A stretch of DNA of 64,000 bases from an uncultured Planctomycetaceae bacterium (GTDB lineage Bacteria; Planctomycetota; Planctomycetia; Planctomycetales; Planctomycetaceae). The notes below the pieces were generated by a model. It was not told the origin of the DNA. It did no database searches and saw nothing but the letters and a program-made list of their open reading frames with translations. Positions 32,708 through 42,579 of the stretch are shown in pieces. The stretch's first letter is position 1; every line of letters starts with the position of its first letter. The position numbers and the translations under genes are program-made. Location of the stretch: contig CAWFGE010000023.1 in assembly GCA_963815195.1 (NCBI GenBank), positions 544,001 through 608,000 on the forward strand, in the 5' to 3' direction.

Positions 32708-33372
32708 ATGTATCCGAGCGTGAAAGTCTTCTCTCTGTCCAGGAAATCCAGCAGCGGCAGCAACAGCGCCGGCGGCGCCAGCAGCAGCGCCACGAAGGGA
32801 ACCAGCAACGGCGGGAAGAACTGCAGGCCGCTGAGCAGACGCCGCGACAGGAGCCGGAAGTATCCACCCATGGGCTGAATCTGAATGGTCCTGTACCCGG
32901 CGCGCTCCAGCAGATAGCGCATCCCGTGCCGGGTGTAGCGGTAGTAGTCGTGAGGTTCCTGGTGAACCTCCCACTCATGCGGCACGATGATAAGCAAACG
33001 CCCGCCCGGGTTCAGCACACGAGCCAGTTCGCCGAGCACTGCCCGCGGTTCAGGTACATGCTCGAGCGTTACGATGTTCACGCACCCATCGAAGGAAGCC
33101 TCACGGAAGGGCAGGGCAGCAAGATCGGCCAGGCAGTCCAGATTGGAATAGTCCCAAGCGATGTCGCCAACGGCCAGGTCGACAGCCACGTAGCGGCGTC
33201 CCGTGAATGCCTCTGCGTGGCGGGTTTCTCCAGCTCCGGCGTCGAGCACCCGGGCGCCCTCCGGCGTCTGGGTGGCGAACCCGGCGACAGCGTCGTCGAT
33301 CCGCGCCTCGAAGTTGAGGATGTAGCGGTGAACCGGCCTCGGCAGTAAGCGCTGGAGGGCGCCGTATCTCAT
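32683..33372 (-). CDS. Class I SAM-dependent methyltransferase
   Basis: VLDAGAGE, LPF...SFD, LEHV.EP, L.PGG.L, PHDYYRYT. Confidence 0.9.
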   Translation of the reverse strand: MRYGALQRLLPRPVHRYILNFEARIDDAVAGFATQTPEGARVLDAGAGETRHAEAFTGRRYVAVDLAVGDIAWDYSNLDCLADLAALPFREASFDGCVNIVTLEHVPEPRAVLGELARVLNPGGRLLIIVPHEWEVHQEPHDYYRYTRHGMRYLLERAGYRTIQIQPMGGYFRLLSRRLLSGLQFFPPLLVPFVALLLAPPALLLPLLDFLDREKTFTLGYICTAQKPY

Positions 33373-34324
33373 GATCTCTTTCGGGCCTCCATCATGACTG
33401 TGCAACCCGCATGACAAGCGGATTCGATCAGTGTGAACGGCAGGGAAGCCAGCACCAGGCCGAAGTAGAGCGCGTCCCGCATCAGCTTCCGGTTGGGCGT
33501 CTCCTCAACGTGGCGAACGCTGCGTACCGTCGGGTCGAGCGACGGGGCCAGGCTCGTCGCCAGGCACGCAGGGTTATCCCGGAGCGAGAAATGCTTGGTC
33601 CGAACCACTTCGAATCCCGTCCGGTCCAGCAGTATCTCGAGATCGCTAGCTTTGAAATTCCAGAGGTGACGCGGAACTTCGAGCCCGCGCCATTTTTCGC
33701 CCAGCAAAAGGAACTGCCAACAAGCAGCGTTGGGCGTCTGAACGATCAGGCGGCCGTCCGGGTGGAGGAGACCGCCGCGCCGCTTTGAGGTATTGCGATG
33801 GGTCATAGAGATGCTCCAGGATGTGGAACATGGTCACAGCGGCGCAACTCTCATCGGCGAAGGGGGCGTTCGAGAGACTGCCGCAGACGGTGGGTACGCC
33901 GTTGATCTCCCAGGCGGCCGTGGCGGCTTCCATCGAGAAGTCGACGCCGACGCCTTGGAACCCGCGCTTCCGCATCATCCCGAGGAACAGCCCGCCGCCG
34001 CAGCCCACATCGAGGATCAGGCCCTTCGCGCCGCTGCGCTCAATCGATTTCTGCACAAATCGTACGTGATCGCGCAAGTACGAAGCGCCGGTACCGCTCC
34101 TCGAATCGCGAAGCCGCATCGCTCTCCGGCACATGCCAGTATTCGGGAGGATAGTAGTACCGGAGTTCCAGCGGGGTGGGCCGCGGAGAGAGACGCAGCA
34201 GGCGGCAGGTCCGGCACTCAACGACGGTGAACTCCTTGCCGGTGACGCCGTATAGCGCATCGGTGGCGCGAAACATAAACCGTGCTTCCCGAGCGCCGCA
34301 CGCGGGACAGACTTCCTCGTTCAC
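33369..34324 (-). CDS. Class I SAM-dependent methyltransferase with N-terminal Zn ribbon (frameshifted ~34080 and ~33775)
   Basis: CPACG...C.TC; ILDVGCGGG, MFHILEHL.DP, TPNA, VPRHL across three ORFs. Confidence 0.85.
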
Positions 34325-34335
34325 GGGGGCGGCCC

Positions 34336-35368
34336 CTAGGTGGCTTGTTCGCTCAATTCCTTCAGGGATATCCGGTGGCGCAGGAGAAGACGCTTTACTT
34401 CCTTTGGGCTGAGCTTCCGGTACTTCTCCACCTCGCGGCGCTTGCGCAGGAACCGGGGAAGCATCCTCAGCGCCTCCAGGTCCCCGGTCAGCATCGCCAG
34501 AGCCGCCCTCAGTTTCCCGCACACTCCCGGGAACCGGCGCACCTCCCCCCGGTTCCGTGCCGCGGCCACCAGACCCGCGCCGATTCTTGCGAAATAGAAA
34601 ACGCCGTTTAGCCATAACAGGCTCCAGGGGAACAGTTTCGCCGCCAGGAGCACCCGATTGCGCTCGATCAAACGCAGCCTTTCTGGCGATCCGACTCCGA
34701 GGGTGGAACCCCGGTGGTGCCGGACAACCGCCTCCGGCACATAAAGGCACCGCCAGCCCGCGATCCGCGCCCTCAGCCCAAGTTCCGCGTCATCGGCGTA
34801 CGCGAACAGATCCTCGTCAAAGCCGCCGATTTCGTCGAGCGCTTCCCGGCGGTACATCGCCGCGCAGCCGTCGGGCCAGAGAATCTCTTCGCGCCGGTCG
34901 AACTGGCCTTGATCAAGTTCGCCGGATCCCCGGCCTCGATTTTGACCATCCAAATATATCAGGTGGCCGGCCTTGTCGATTCTCCGCGGATCCTCATAAA
35001 CCAGGATCTTGGAGGCGGCCATCCCGACTTCCGCGTCTGTTTGCGAAAGCCCCCAGCAGCGCCTCGAGCCATCCTGGAGACGCCTCCGCATCGTTGTTCA
35101 ACAGGGCGATGAACCGGGAATCGGCGGTGCCAATGCCCTGATTGTTCGCGGCGCAAAACCCCCGGTTCTCTCTGTTTCGGACGAGCTTGAGCCGGAAAGG
35201 TTTCCCGCGGGAGAATTCCCGTTCGGCCATTTCCGGGGAGCCGTCGTTCGATCCGTTGTCCACCAATACCACTTCGAAATCTGTAACCATTTGATTTTGA
35301 AGCGACTTCAGGCATGAACGCAGGAGTTCACGACGATTCCAATTCACTATGATGACGCTTACGGACAC
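34336..35368 (-). CDS. GT2 family glycosyltransferase (frameshift ~35040)
   Basis: VSVIIVNWN, VDNGSNDGS, N.GF.AANNQG, LLNND, GCAAMYR, GGFDE.LFAY.DD. Confidence 0.9.
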
Positions 35369-35427
35369 TCGCCGCTCGAAACCGATAGCATGTAGTATTA
35401 TAACCTCAGGAACCACTTGGTTTTACT

Positions 35428-36330
35428 ATGGCTTCTGTCGGAGAGCGGCTCCGCAAAACGAGAGAGGAGCAGGGCCGGGAGATCGCGAGGATCGCCGCTG
35501 AGATTCGGGTGCAGATCGGCTACCTCGAGGCAATCGAAGCGGGCAATCTCGACCGGCTGCCGGGCGGGTTTTTCACCCGCAGTTTCGTCCGTCAGTACGC
35601 GGAATGCTTGAAGGTTCCCGCCTCCGAGATCGAAGACGACCTCGAACAATGGCTTTCGTCAAAATCGCTCGCTGAGCCGCCGAACCTCGAACCGAGACTC
35701 GCGCCATCCGGCTTGGAACCGATTACCCACATGGGAGTTGGCCGTCGTCCTCGGAGCAAAGTGCTTAGCGCCGTGGCCGCCCTCGTGGTAGTTATCACAG
35801 CTTGTGCCGCGATCTACTCCTTTTGGTTGCGTACGCAAGACAGCGCGACTCTTCCGAAGATCCTACCGGATCCTGTCCCCGCCGGGGCCGTCGCCCCGCC
35901 CCCGCCCTTCGTGGAACGGCCGGAGGATTCATCCGAACTCCCGGCCGTTGCCGCCGAGGTTCCCGGGCGAGATCCGAAGCCGCCGTCCACCGCTTTCAGT
36001 GAGACCGGCGAGGGCGGGCCGCTGTGGTTCGAAATGGCGGCTACCGATGAGACGTGGGTCCGCGTGAGTTCCGGCGCCAGAACATTGTTCGTCGGAATCC
36101 TTGAGTCTGGTGACTCTCGGCGTTTCGCGGGTCTTGAGGGGGCCGTATTGCGGGTTGGGAACGCCGGAGGACTGACGATCAGCGTCAATGGAGGCGCCGC
36201 GCAGCCGGTCGGGAAGAGGGGGCAGATCCGGGTTGTGACCCTGAGTCCCGGCAAGATGGAAGCCGAGCCGCCCCCCAGAACGCGTCCGGTTTCCGGGGAA
36301 GAGGCGCCTGCCGGAGACGGTCCGGCTTAG
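35428..36330 (+). CDS. rodZ: RodZ family cytoskeleton protein (HTH + TM + DUF4115)
   Basis: GERLRKTRE...YLEAIEAG...LPGGFF.RSFVRQYA; TM; TWVRV...LRVGNAGG. Confidence 0.85.
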   Translation: MASVGERLRKTREEQGREIARIAAEIRVQIGYLEAIEAGNLDRLPGGFFTRSFVRQYAECLKVPASEIEDDLEQWLSSKSLAEPPNLEPRLAPSGLEPITHMGVGRRPRSKVLSAVAALVVVITACAAIYSFWLRTQDSATLPKILPDPVPAGAVAPPPPFVERPEDSSELPAVAAEVPGRDPKPPSTAFSETGEGGPLWFEMAATDETWVRVSSGARTLFVGILESGDSRRFAGLEGAVLRVGNAGGLTISVNGGAAQPVGKRGQIRVVTLSPGKMEAEPPPRTRPVSGEEAPAGDGPA

Positions 36331-36969
36331 CGCGTCTTGCGCTTGCGTCGTCGTTCCAGGCGTTGTTGTCTTGCCAGGATTAGCAATTCCCGACGTCTTC
36401 GCAGTTTCACGCTATCGTCTACACGGCGCCAGAACTTCAGGAAGTAATCGAACGCCGACACGAGAGCGAAGATCACGACGCCCCACAGCCAAACCATCGC
36501 GATCAATTTGAGTTCGGGCCAGTGAACCGCCAGCATGACGAGCGCAATCGCGATCACTTGAGTGACCATTTTGGTCTTGCCCAGGTCGCTGGCCTTAATC
36601 ATGTAGCCCTCCGCCGCGGCAATGCCGCGCAAGCCCGGTGACGGCGAACTCCCGCCCCACAATGATTACTGCCATCCACCCGGGCATCATTTGTACCTGC
36701 ACCAGGGAGATCAACGCCGCCGAGATTAGGAGCTTGTCAGCGATGGGATCCAGCAATGTGCCGACCGTGGTGATCTGACCCCACCGCCGGGCCAAGTAGC
36801 CATCGAGTAAATCGGTTCCGGCGGCAGCCAGGAAGATTCCGAGAGCCAGAAACTCGTTGGTGATGATGACGCTGCCGAGGGTTAGTTGAAGATCCTCCTG
36901 CACCAATGCCGCGACGAGCAGAGGAACAAAGAAGATGCGCAGCAGCGTCAACAGGTTCGGAAGATTCAT
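36327..36969 (-). CDS. pgsA: CDP-diacylglycerol--glycerol-3-phosphate 3-phosphatidyltransferase (frameshift ~36630)
   Basis: MNLPNLLTLLRI, TDLLDGYLAR, G.LLDPIADK, GREFAVTGL/RGIA, GKTKMV.Q. Confidence 0.92.
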
Positions 36970-36975
36970 CCAGAA

Positions 36976-38325
36976 CTAAACAATATACCGCACCGGCGAC
37001 GCCCCCCCGCCTCCCAGGAAGCGCTTTAGGCGGTGGAGTAGGGACTCCGGGACTTCGGCTTCTATTTCGCAGTAGTCGTCTTCGTACTTGGCGTGCAGGA
37101 CGCGGCCATATTCGTGTAGGAGATGGATTTCGGCGCCAGCGCCGGCCGGAAACCGGAAGACCGTTCGAATGATGGGATCGACGTGGAGGATCTCGTCAAT
37201 AGCCCGCATCAGATCTGGCAGGCCTTCGCCGGTCCTGGCCGAGACGGCCACCGCCCGGCGGGGCTTGGGCAGCTCTCCCTCCGCATCCGAATGGCCGGAG
37301 AGGAGGCGGCGGAGCAACGAGTCCGGGTCAACCCTGCCGCCCAGACGGTCCAACTTGTTCAGCACCAGGAGCTGCGGAATCGTGCCGGCGCCGATTTCGG
37401 CCAGCACCCGAAGCGCGTGGACACCGTGTTCCTGAGCGTTGGGCGAGGAGGCATCGACCACGTGCAGCAACAGCGCGGACTCAGCGACTTCTTCCAAAGT
37501 GGCCCGGAACGACTGCACCAGCGTCGTCGGCAGGTTGCGAATGAAACCGACCGTGTCACTCAATACGAGCCGCCGCCGCGAAGGCAGCACCATGAGCCGG
37601 GCCGTCGGGTCGAGGGTGGCGAACATCTTGGCGTCGACCATGACATCGGCGCCGGTGATGCGATTGAAGAGCGTCGATTTCCCCGCGTTGGTGTAGCCAA
37701 CCAAGGCCACGGCCGCCAGTGGCACTCTCTGTCGCTGCCGCCGCTGCACGTGGCGCGTCCGGCGCACCATTGAGAGCTGCTCCCGGATCTTTTGCATGCG
37801 CCGCGAGATCCGCCGCCGATCCGTCTCCAGTTGGGTTTCGCCAGGTCCCCGGGTACCAATGCCGCCGCCCAGCCTCGACATCTCCACCCCTCTTCCAGTC
37901 AGCCTTGGAAGCAGGTAGTCGAGCTGCGCCAACTCCACTTGGAGCTGGCCTTCACGCGTTCTGGCGCGGCTGGCGAAGATATCGAGGATCAATTGAGTCC
38001 GGTCCACCACCCGGCAACGCAGAGCCTTCTCCAAATTGCGCAATTGCGTCGGGGAGAGTTCGTGGTCGAAGATGACGACGTCGATTTCCTCGGCTTCGGC
38101 GAGCCGGGACACCTCCTCCAGTTTGCCCGCGCCGATCAGCGTGGCGGCTTCGAGCTTCTGGCGCAATTGCACGATGCGCTCGATGACTTCAGCGCCCGCG
38201 CTAGTTGCAAGAACCGCCAGTTCTTCCATCGAATCTTCGCTCGCGGTAGCGGGGCGGATTCCGCCGGTCCCGCGCCGGCTCATATCCACGCCGATAAGGA
38301 GAGCGCGCTCCAATTTATCTGGCAA
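36976..38325 (-). CDS. hflX: GTPase HflX
   Basis: LILDIFA.RA.T.EG.LQVELAQL, GGGIGTRGPGE, GYTNAGKS, DTVGF, NKLD. Confidence 0.97.
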   Translation of the reverse strand: MPDKLERALLIGVDMSRRGTGGIRPATASEDSMEELAVLATSAGAEVIERIVQLRQKLEAATLIGAGKLEEVSRLAEAEEIDVVIFDHELSPTQLRNLEKALRCRVVDRTQLILDIFASRARTREGQLQVELAQLDYLLPRLTGRGVEMSRLGGGIGTRGPGETQLETDRRRISRRMQKIREQLSMVRRTRHVQRRQRQRVPLAAVALVGYTNAGKSTLFNRITGADVMVDAKMFATLDPTARLMVLPSRRRLVLSDTVGFIRNLPTTLVQSFRATLEEVAESALLLHVVDASSPNAQEHGVHALRVLAEIGAGTIPQLLVLNKLDRLGGRVDPDSLLRRLLSGHSDAEGELPKPRRAVAVSARTGEGLPDLMRAIDEILHVDPIIRTVFRFPAGAGAEIHLLHEYGRVLHAKYEDDYCEIEAEVPESLLHRLKRFLGGGGASPVRYIV

Positions 38326-38334
38326 GGTGTTCGT

Positions 38335-38649
38335 TTACTCTTCGACGGGTGCGACTGGCTTAGGGCCGGGAGTCGGATGAGATGCGCCCGTCCCGCTGCT
38401 CGACGGTTGGTATGGCGAATGTGAGGCGTGTGGATGTTGGGACTTCATGACCACGACCGTCGAAATCGCGTGCTTGAATATGAGCTGCTCCTGACTGTTG
38501 GTTTCCAGGATGACCGAATACTTATCAAAGCTCTTGATCCGGCCAGACAGCTTCACCCCGCTCATCAGGTAAATGGTGAGGAAGATCTTATCCTTGCGGG
38601 CGGTATTGAGAAAAGCCTCTTGGATGTTTTGGGGCAGCTTATCCATCAT
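38335..38649 (-). CDS. hfq: RNA chaperone Hfq
   Basis: [31 protein letters not shown]; hfq-hflX order. Confidence 0.97.
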   Translation of the reverse strand: MMDKLPQNIQEAFLNTARKDKIFLTIYLMSGVKLSGRIKSFDKYSVILETNSQEQLIFKHAISTVVVMKSQHPHASHSPYQPSSSGTGASHPTPGPKPVAPVEE

Positions 38650-38839
38650 GATTGACCTTTTGACCCGTACAAACCGGGCTGATTTTCGCTTGTCTTCTTT
38701 CCTTAAGGCAGCAGTGACGCCGATCGCCTTTCAGTACATCCTCCGCGGACGGGCGGCTCCTGCTCGGACAATGCCACTTTAGCAGTTGAGCCGAGAATCT
38801 GGCAAGGATTCAACTCGCTACAATCTTGAAAGGGGCCCT

Positions 38840-40572
38840 ATGGAAAATATCGAGATCGCGAAGATCCTGGCGGAGACCGCCGATCTGATGGAGATCGCAG
38901 TCGGAGGATTCTTTTAGAATTCGTAGCTACCGCAACGCGTCATCCGTTCTCGAAGGCTATCCGGAGCGGGTGTCGGACCTCGTTCGGGACCCGGAGCGGA
39001 AGCTCACGGAAATTTCCGGAATCGGAAAAGGCATCGCCGCCGTCATCACCGAAATTCTTGAGCGAGGATCGTTCGAGCGGCGGGACATATTGCTTGAGAA
39101 ATATCCGCCTACGGCTCTCGAGTTGCTGAAGATCAAAGGTCTCGGGCCCAGGAGCATCGCGCTGCTGATCGAGCACTTCCGCCTCAGTACAGTGGACGAC
39201 CTCGAAGAAGATCTGCCGGGAACAGAAACTCCGGGAACTGCCGCGGATGGGAGCGAAGCTGGAAGAGAAGGTGCTCCGCTCCATAGCCCACTATCGCAAG
39301 AGCGCCGGGAGGTTTCTGCTCAATTTTGGATATGGTATGGCCGAGGATCTTATGGCCTATCTTCGCGAGGGAGGCGGGCTCGATCAAATCAGCGTCGCGG
39401 GTAGCCTCCGCCGCGGCAAGGAGACGATTGGAGATCTGGACCTATTGATGACCGGACCGGGCGCGGCTGAAGCGCTGGACCGCTTTGTGAACTATCCGAA
39501 GATCACCGAGGTGCTTGGCCGCGGTGAGGACAAGGTCAGCGCGCTCGCCGGCGTCGAAGGCTTGCAGGTCGATGTCCGGGCGCCGCCCGCTAAGAGTTAC
39601 GGTGCGGCGCTCCGGTACTTCACCGGCAGCAAGCAGCACAACGTCGCTCTCGGCTCCCGTGCTCTGAAGCGCGGCTACATACTGAATGAGTATGGCTTGC
39701 ACAAGCTCGACACCGAGGAACTGGCGGCGGGCGGAAGCGAGGAAGACGTCTACCGGGCCTTGGGGCTCGATTGGATTCCGCCGGAGCTACGTGAAAACCA
39801 GGGTGAGATCGAGACGGCCGAGCGGGGCGAGCTACCCGAACTGCTCTCATTGAAAGACATCCGGGGTGATTTACACATGCACACAACCGGGAGCGACGGC
39901 CGGGGGACGCTGGAAGAGATGGCCGAAGCCGCACAGCAGCGGGGCCTGGAGTACATTGCCATCACCGACCACTCGAAAGCCCTGGCGATGGCCAATGGCC
40001 TCAATGAAAAACGCGTCGTCGATTTCGCGCGCCGCGTGCGGCAACTGAATCAGAACGGTCTCGGCATCCGCGTTTTCTCGGGGCTCGAGTGCGACATTCT
40101 TCGCGACGGCTCCATGGACATCGCCGGCGACGCGCTGGCAGAGCTGGACCTGGTCGTCGGCAGCGTCCACAGCTACATGAACCAGGAGCCCGCCGAGATG
40201 ACGGACCGGCTGTTGCGGGCCATCGAGAACCCGTATGTCGGCATCATCGGTCACCCGACCGGGCGTGTGCTCCTCAGGCGCGAACCGTTCCGGTTCGACT
40301 TTGACCGGGTCGCGGCGGCGGCTGCGAGGCATGGGGTGTGCCTGGAAATCAATGCCAGTCCGGAGCGGCTCGACCTCAGCGCGACGCTATTGCGCCAGGC
40401 CAAGGCTCAAGGCGCCCGCTTCACCATTTCGACCGACGCGCATCATCCCAAACACCTGGCCAACATGCGCTATGGCGTACTGATGGCGCGCAGGGGCTGG
40501 CTCTCGAAGAGAGACATTCTAAATACGCTACCAGCCGCGGAATTCACGGGGGCTCTACGTCCGCGGCCTTGA
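38840..40572 (+). CDS. polX: DNA polymerase X family / PHP domain protein (frameshifts ~38900 and ~39210)
   Basis: MENIEIAKIL, IGKGIA, GSLRRGKETIGDLD, YFTGSK.HN, LNEYGL, PPELRE, DLHMHT..SDG, TDHS, HPTGR, TDAH. Confidence 0.93.
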
Positions 40573-40583
40573 AAGGATTCTTT

Positions 40584-41102
40584 ATGAAGCTGGTTTCTTC
40601 CCGAGAGGTTTACCGCAGTTCGATTTTCGCGGTCACCGAAGAGGTAGCCCGCGGTTCCGGGGGATTCGAGATCGAACGGGCTATCGTCCAACACGGAGGC
40701 ACGGCGGTGATGTTGGCGGTCAATAAAGAAGGACATGTTCTCCTGGTCAGGCAGTATCGCATGCCAGCGCGAAAGCACTTGTGGGAACTTCCCGCCGGTC
40801 GTCTCGATCCCGGCGAGACGGCGCTGCAGGCAGCTCGCCGAGAACTCAAGGAAGAAACGGGTTACCGGGCGAGGAAATGGCGGAAGCTGATCTCGTTCTA
40901 TTCAAGTCCGGGCTTCTTGTCGGAGAAGATGTCGGTCTTCGTGGCCACCGGCTTACAGGAAGGCGAGGCGACTCCGATGGGAGACGAGAGGATCGAACGC
41001 CGGTGGTTCACCGAAGCTCAGCTTGACCAGATGATCCGCGGCGGCAAGATTGCCGACGGTAAGACGATTGCCGGGTTCCTGGCCTGGCAGCGCGGCCAGT
41101 AG
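40584..41102 (+). CDS. NUDIX hydrolase (ADP-ribose pyrophosphatase-like)
   Basis: LVRQYR, ELPAG.LDPGE....AARRELKEETG, SPG, IADGKT. Confidence 0.92.
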   Translation: MKLVSSREVYRSSIFAVTEEVARGSGGFEIERAIVQHGGTAVMLAVNKEGHVLLVRQYRMPARKHLWELPAGRLDPGETALQAARRELKEETGYRARKWRKLISFYSSPGFLSEKMSVFVATGLQEGEATPMGDERIERRWFTEAQLDQMIRGGKIADGKTIAGFLAWQRGQ

Positions 41103-41104
41103 GG

Positions 41105-41707
41105 CTACCGGGCGCCGTCCTGTTTCAGCAGGAAGCGCAGCATCGCTTCCACGGCCTTGCCCCGGTGGCTGACGGTCAGTTTCTGTTCCGGGCTCACTTC
41201 AGCCAGGGTGGATCCAAAGGGTGGGTGGAAGAACAGCGGGTCGTAGCCGAATCCGTTTGCACCGCGCGGCGAATCGATCAGTTCGCCTTCGACTTCGCCG
41301 CGGAACGTCCCGATCAACTTCCCCTTCCCAGCCAGCGCCACTACGCTGATGAATCGCGCGGTCCGGTTCTCGACATCTCGCATCCGCTCGATCAGAAGCC
41401 GGTTGTTCGCTTCGTCGGTGGCGCCCTCGCCGGCGAAGCGCGCCGACAGCACTCCGGGCGCTCCGCCCAACGCATCCACGGCCAAGCCCGAGTCGTCAAC
41501 AAACAGCGGCCGGCCGGCCTGCGAACTATAGTAGAGAGCCTTGATAATCGCGTTCTCTTCGAAGTTGGCGCCGGTTTCCTCCGGCGGAACGATCTTTTCG
41601 ATCCCCGGCAACGCCTCGATTTCGAAACGCCGGCCGCCGAGTCGTTCCACGCCCAGCCGGAATTCCCTTAGCTTTCCTGGGTTCGTGGTGGCGCAGTAAA
41701 GCTTCAA
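41105..41707 (-). CDS. rdgB: Non-canonical purine NTP pyrophosphatase (ITPase/XTPase)
   Basis: [40 protein letters not shown]. Confidence 0.95.
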   Translation of the reverse strand: MKLYCATTNPGKLREFRLGVERLGGRRFEIEALPGIEKIVPPEETGANFEENAIIKALYYSSQAGRPLFVDDSGLAVDALGGAPGVLSARFAGEGATDEANNRLLIERMRDVENRTARFISVVALAGKGKLIGTFRGEVEGELIDSPRGANGFGYDPLFFHPPFGSTLAEVSPEQKLTVSHRGKAVEAMLRFLLKQDGAR

Positions 41708-42423
41708 GACCCCTCCAGCGCCTCCGTCTGGATCTTGAGGAGGTCGCGAACGCCTATGCGCGCCAGCGAAAGCATCTGCTCCAGTTGGCCATCGTCGAAC
41801 GCGATCTGTTCTCCGGTAGCCTGCAGTTCGACAAATTGGCCCTTATCCGTCATGACGATGTTCATGTCGACTTCTGCTTGAGAGTCCTCCTCGTAGCACA
41901 AGTCCAGGAGCGCTTCTCCGCGGAGCAGACCGACGCTGGTCGCGGCTACGGCGCCTTGGATCGGGTTGCTCTTCAGCGCGCCGTATTCGAGTAACTGCCT
42001 CACCGCGATCGCCATGGCCACGTAAGCGCCGGTGATTGAGGCGGTGCGGGTTCCGCCATCGGCCTGCAATACATCGCAGTCAAGGATCACGGTTCTTTCT
42101 CCGAGCGAATCCAGATTGACGATGCTGCGCAGGGAACGGCCGATCAGCCTCTGTATCTCAAGGGTCCGGCCCGAGTGACGGCCGCGGGTGATCTCGCGCG
42201 GGGTCCGGGTCGCCGTCGCTCGCGGAAGCATCGAGTATTCCGCCGTGACCCAGCCGCGGCTGCTTCCCCGCAGCCAGGCCGGCGTCGACTCCTCAACGGA
42301 CGCCGCGCACAGTACCCGGGTGTTTCCCATCTCGATCAGCGCCGAGCCTTCCGCGGTCGCCAGATAACCCGTGACCAGCTTCACTTCCCGCAACTGGTCC
42401 GCTCTTCGATTGTCGACTCTCAT
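41704..42423 (-). CDS. rph: Ribonuclease PH
   Basis: [51 protein letters not shown]. Confidence 0.97.
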   Translation of the reverse strand: MRVDNRRADQLREVKLVTGYLATAEGSALIEMGNTRVLCAASVEESTPAWLRGSSRGWVTAEYSMLPRATATRTPREITRGRHSGRTLEIQRLIGRSLRSIVNLDSLGERTVILDCDVLQADGGTRTASITGAYVAMAIAVRQLLEYGALKSNPIQGAVAATSVGLLRGEALLDLCYEEDSQAEVDMNIVMTDKGQFVELQATGEQIAFDDGQLEQMLSLARIGVRDLLKIQTEALEGS

Positions 42424-42561
42424 TTAGCGTGCCGATTGGAGGATGGCGTAGAACAGGAGGGACAGGAGCACAATTCCGGACAGGATCACCAACAGACACG
42501 GAACGGCCTCGAGGTTCGATTTCTTTTTCTTCTTTCCGCCCGCCAATTTTATCTTGGCCAT
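42424..42561 (-). CDS. Small (45 aa) single-TM membrane protein, not in the ORF track
   Basis: MAKIKLAGGKKKKKSNLEAVPCLLVILSGIVLLSLLFYAILQSAR*; AGGAG RBS 6 nt upstream; its stop abuts the rph start (TAAATG). Confidence 0.75.
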   Translation of the reverse strand: MAKIKLAGGKKKKKSNLEAVPCLLVILSGIVLLSLLFYAILQSAR

Positions 42562-42579
42562 CGCAAGACTCCTATTCTG

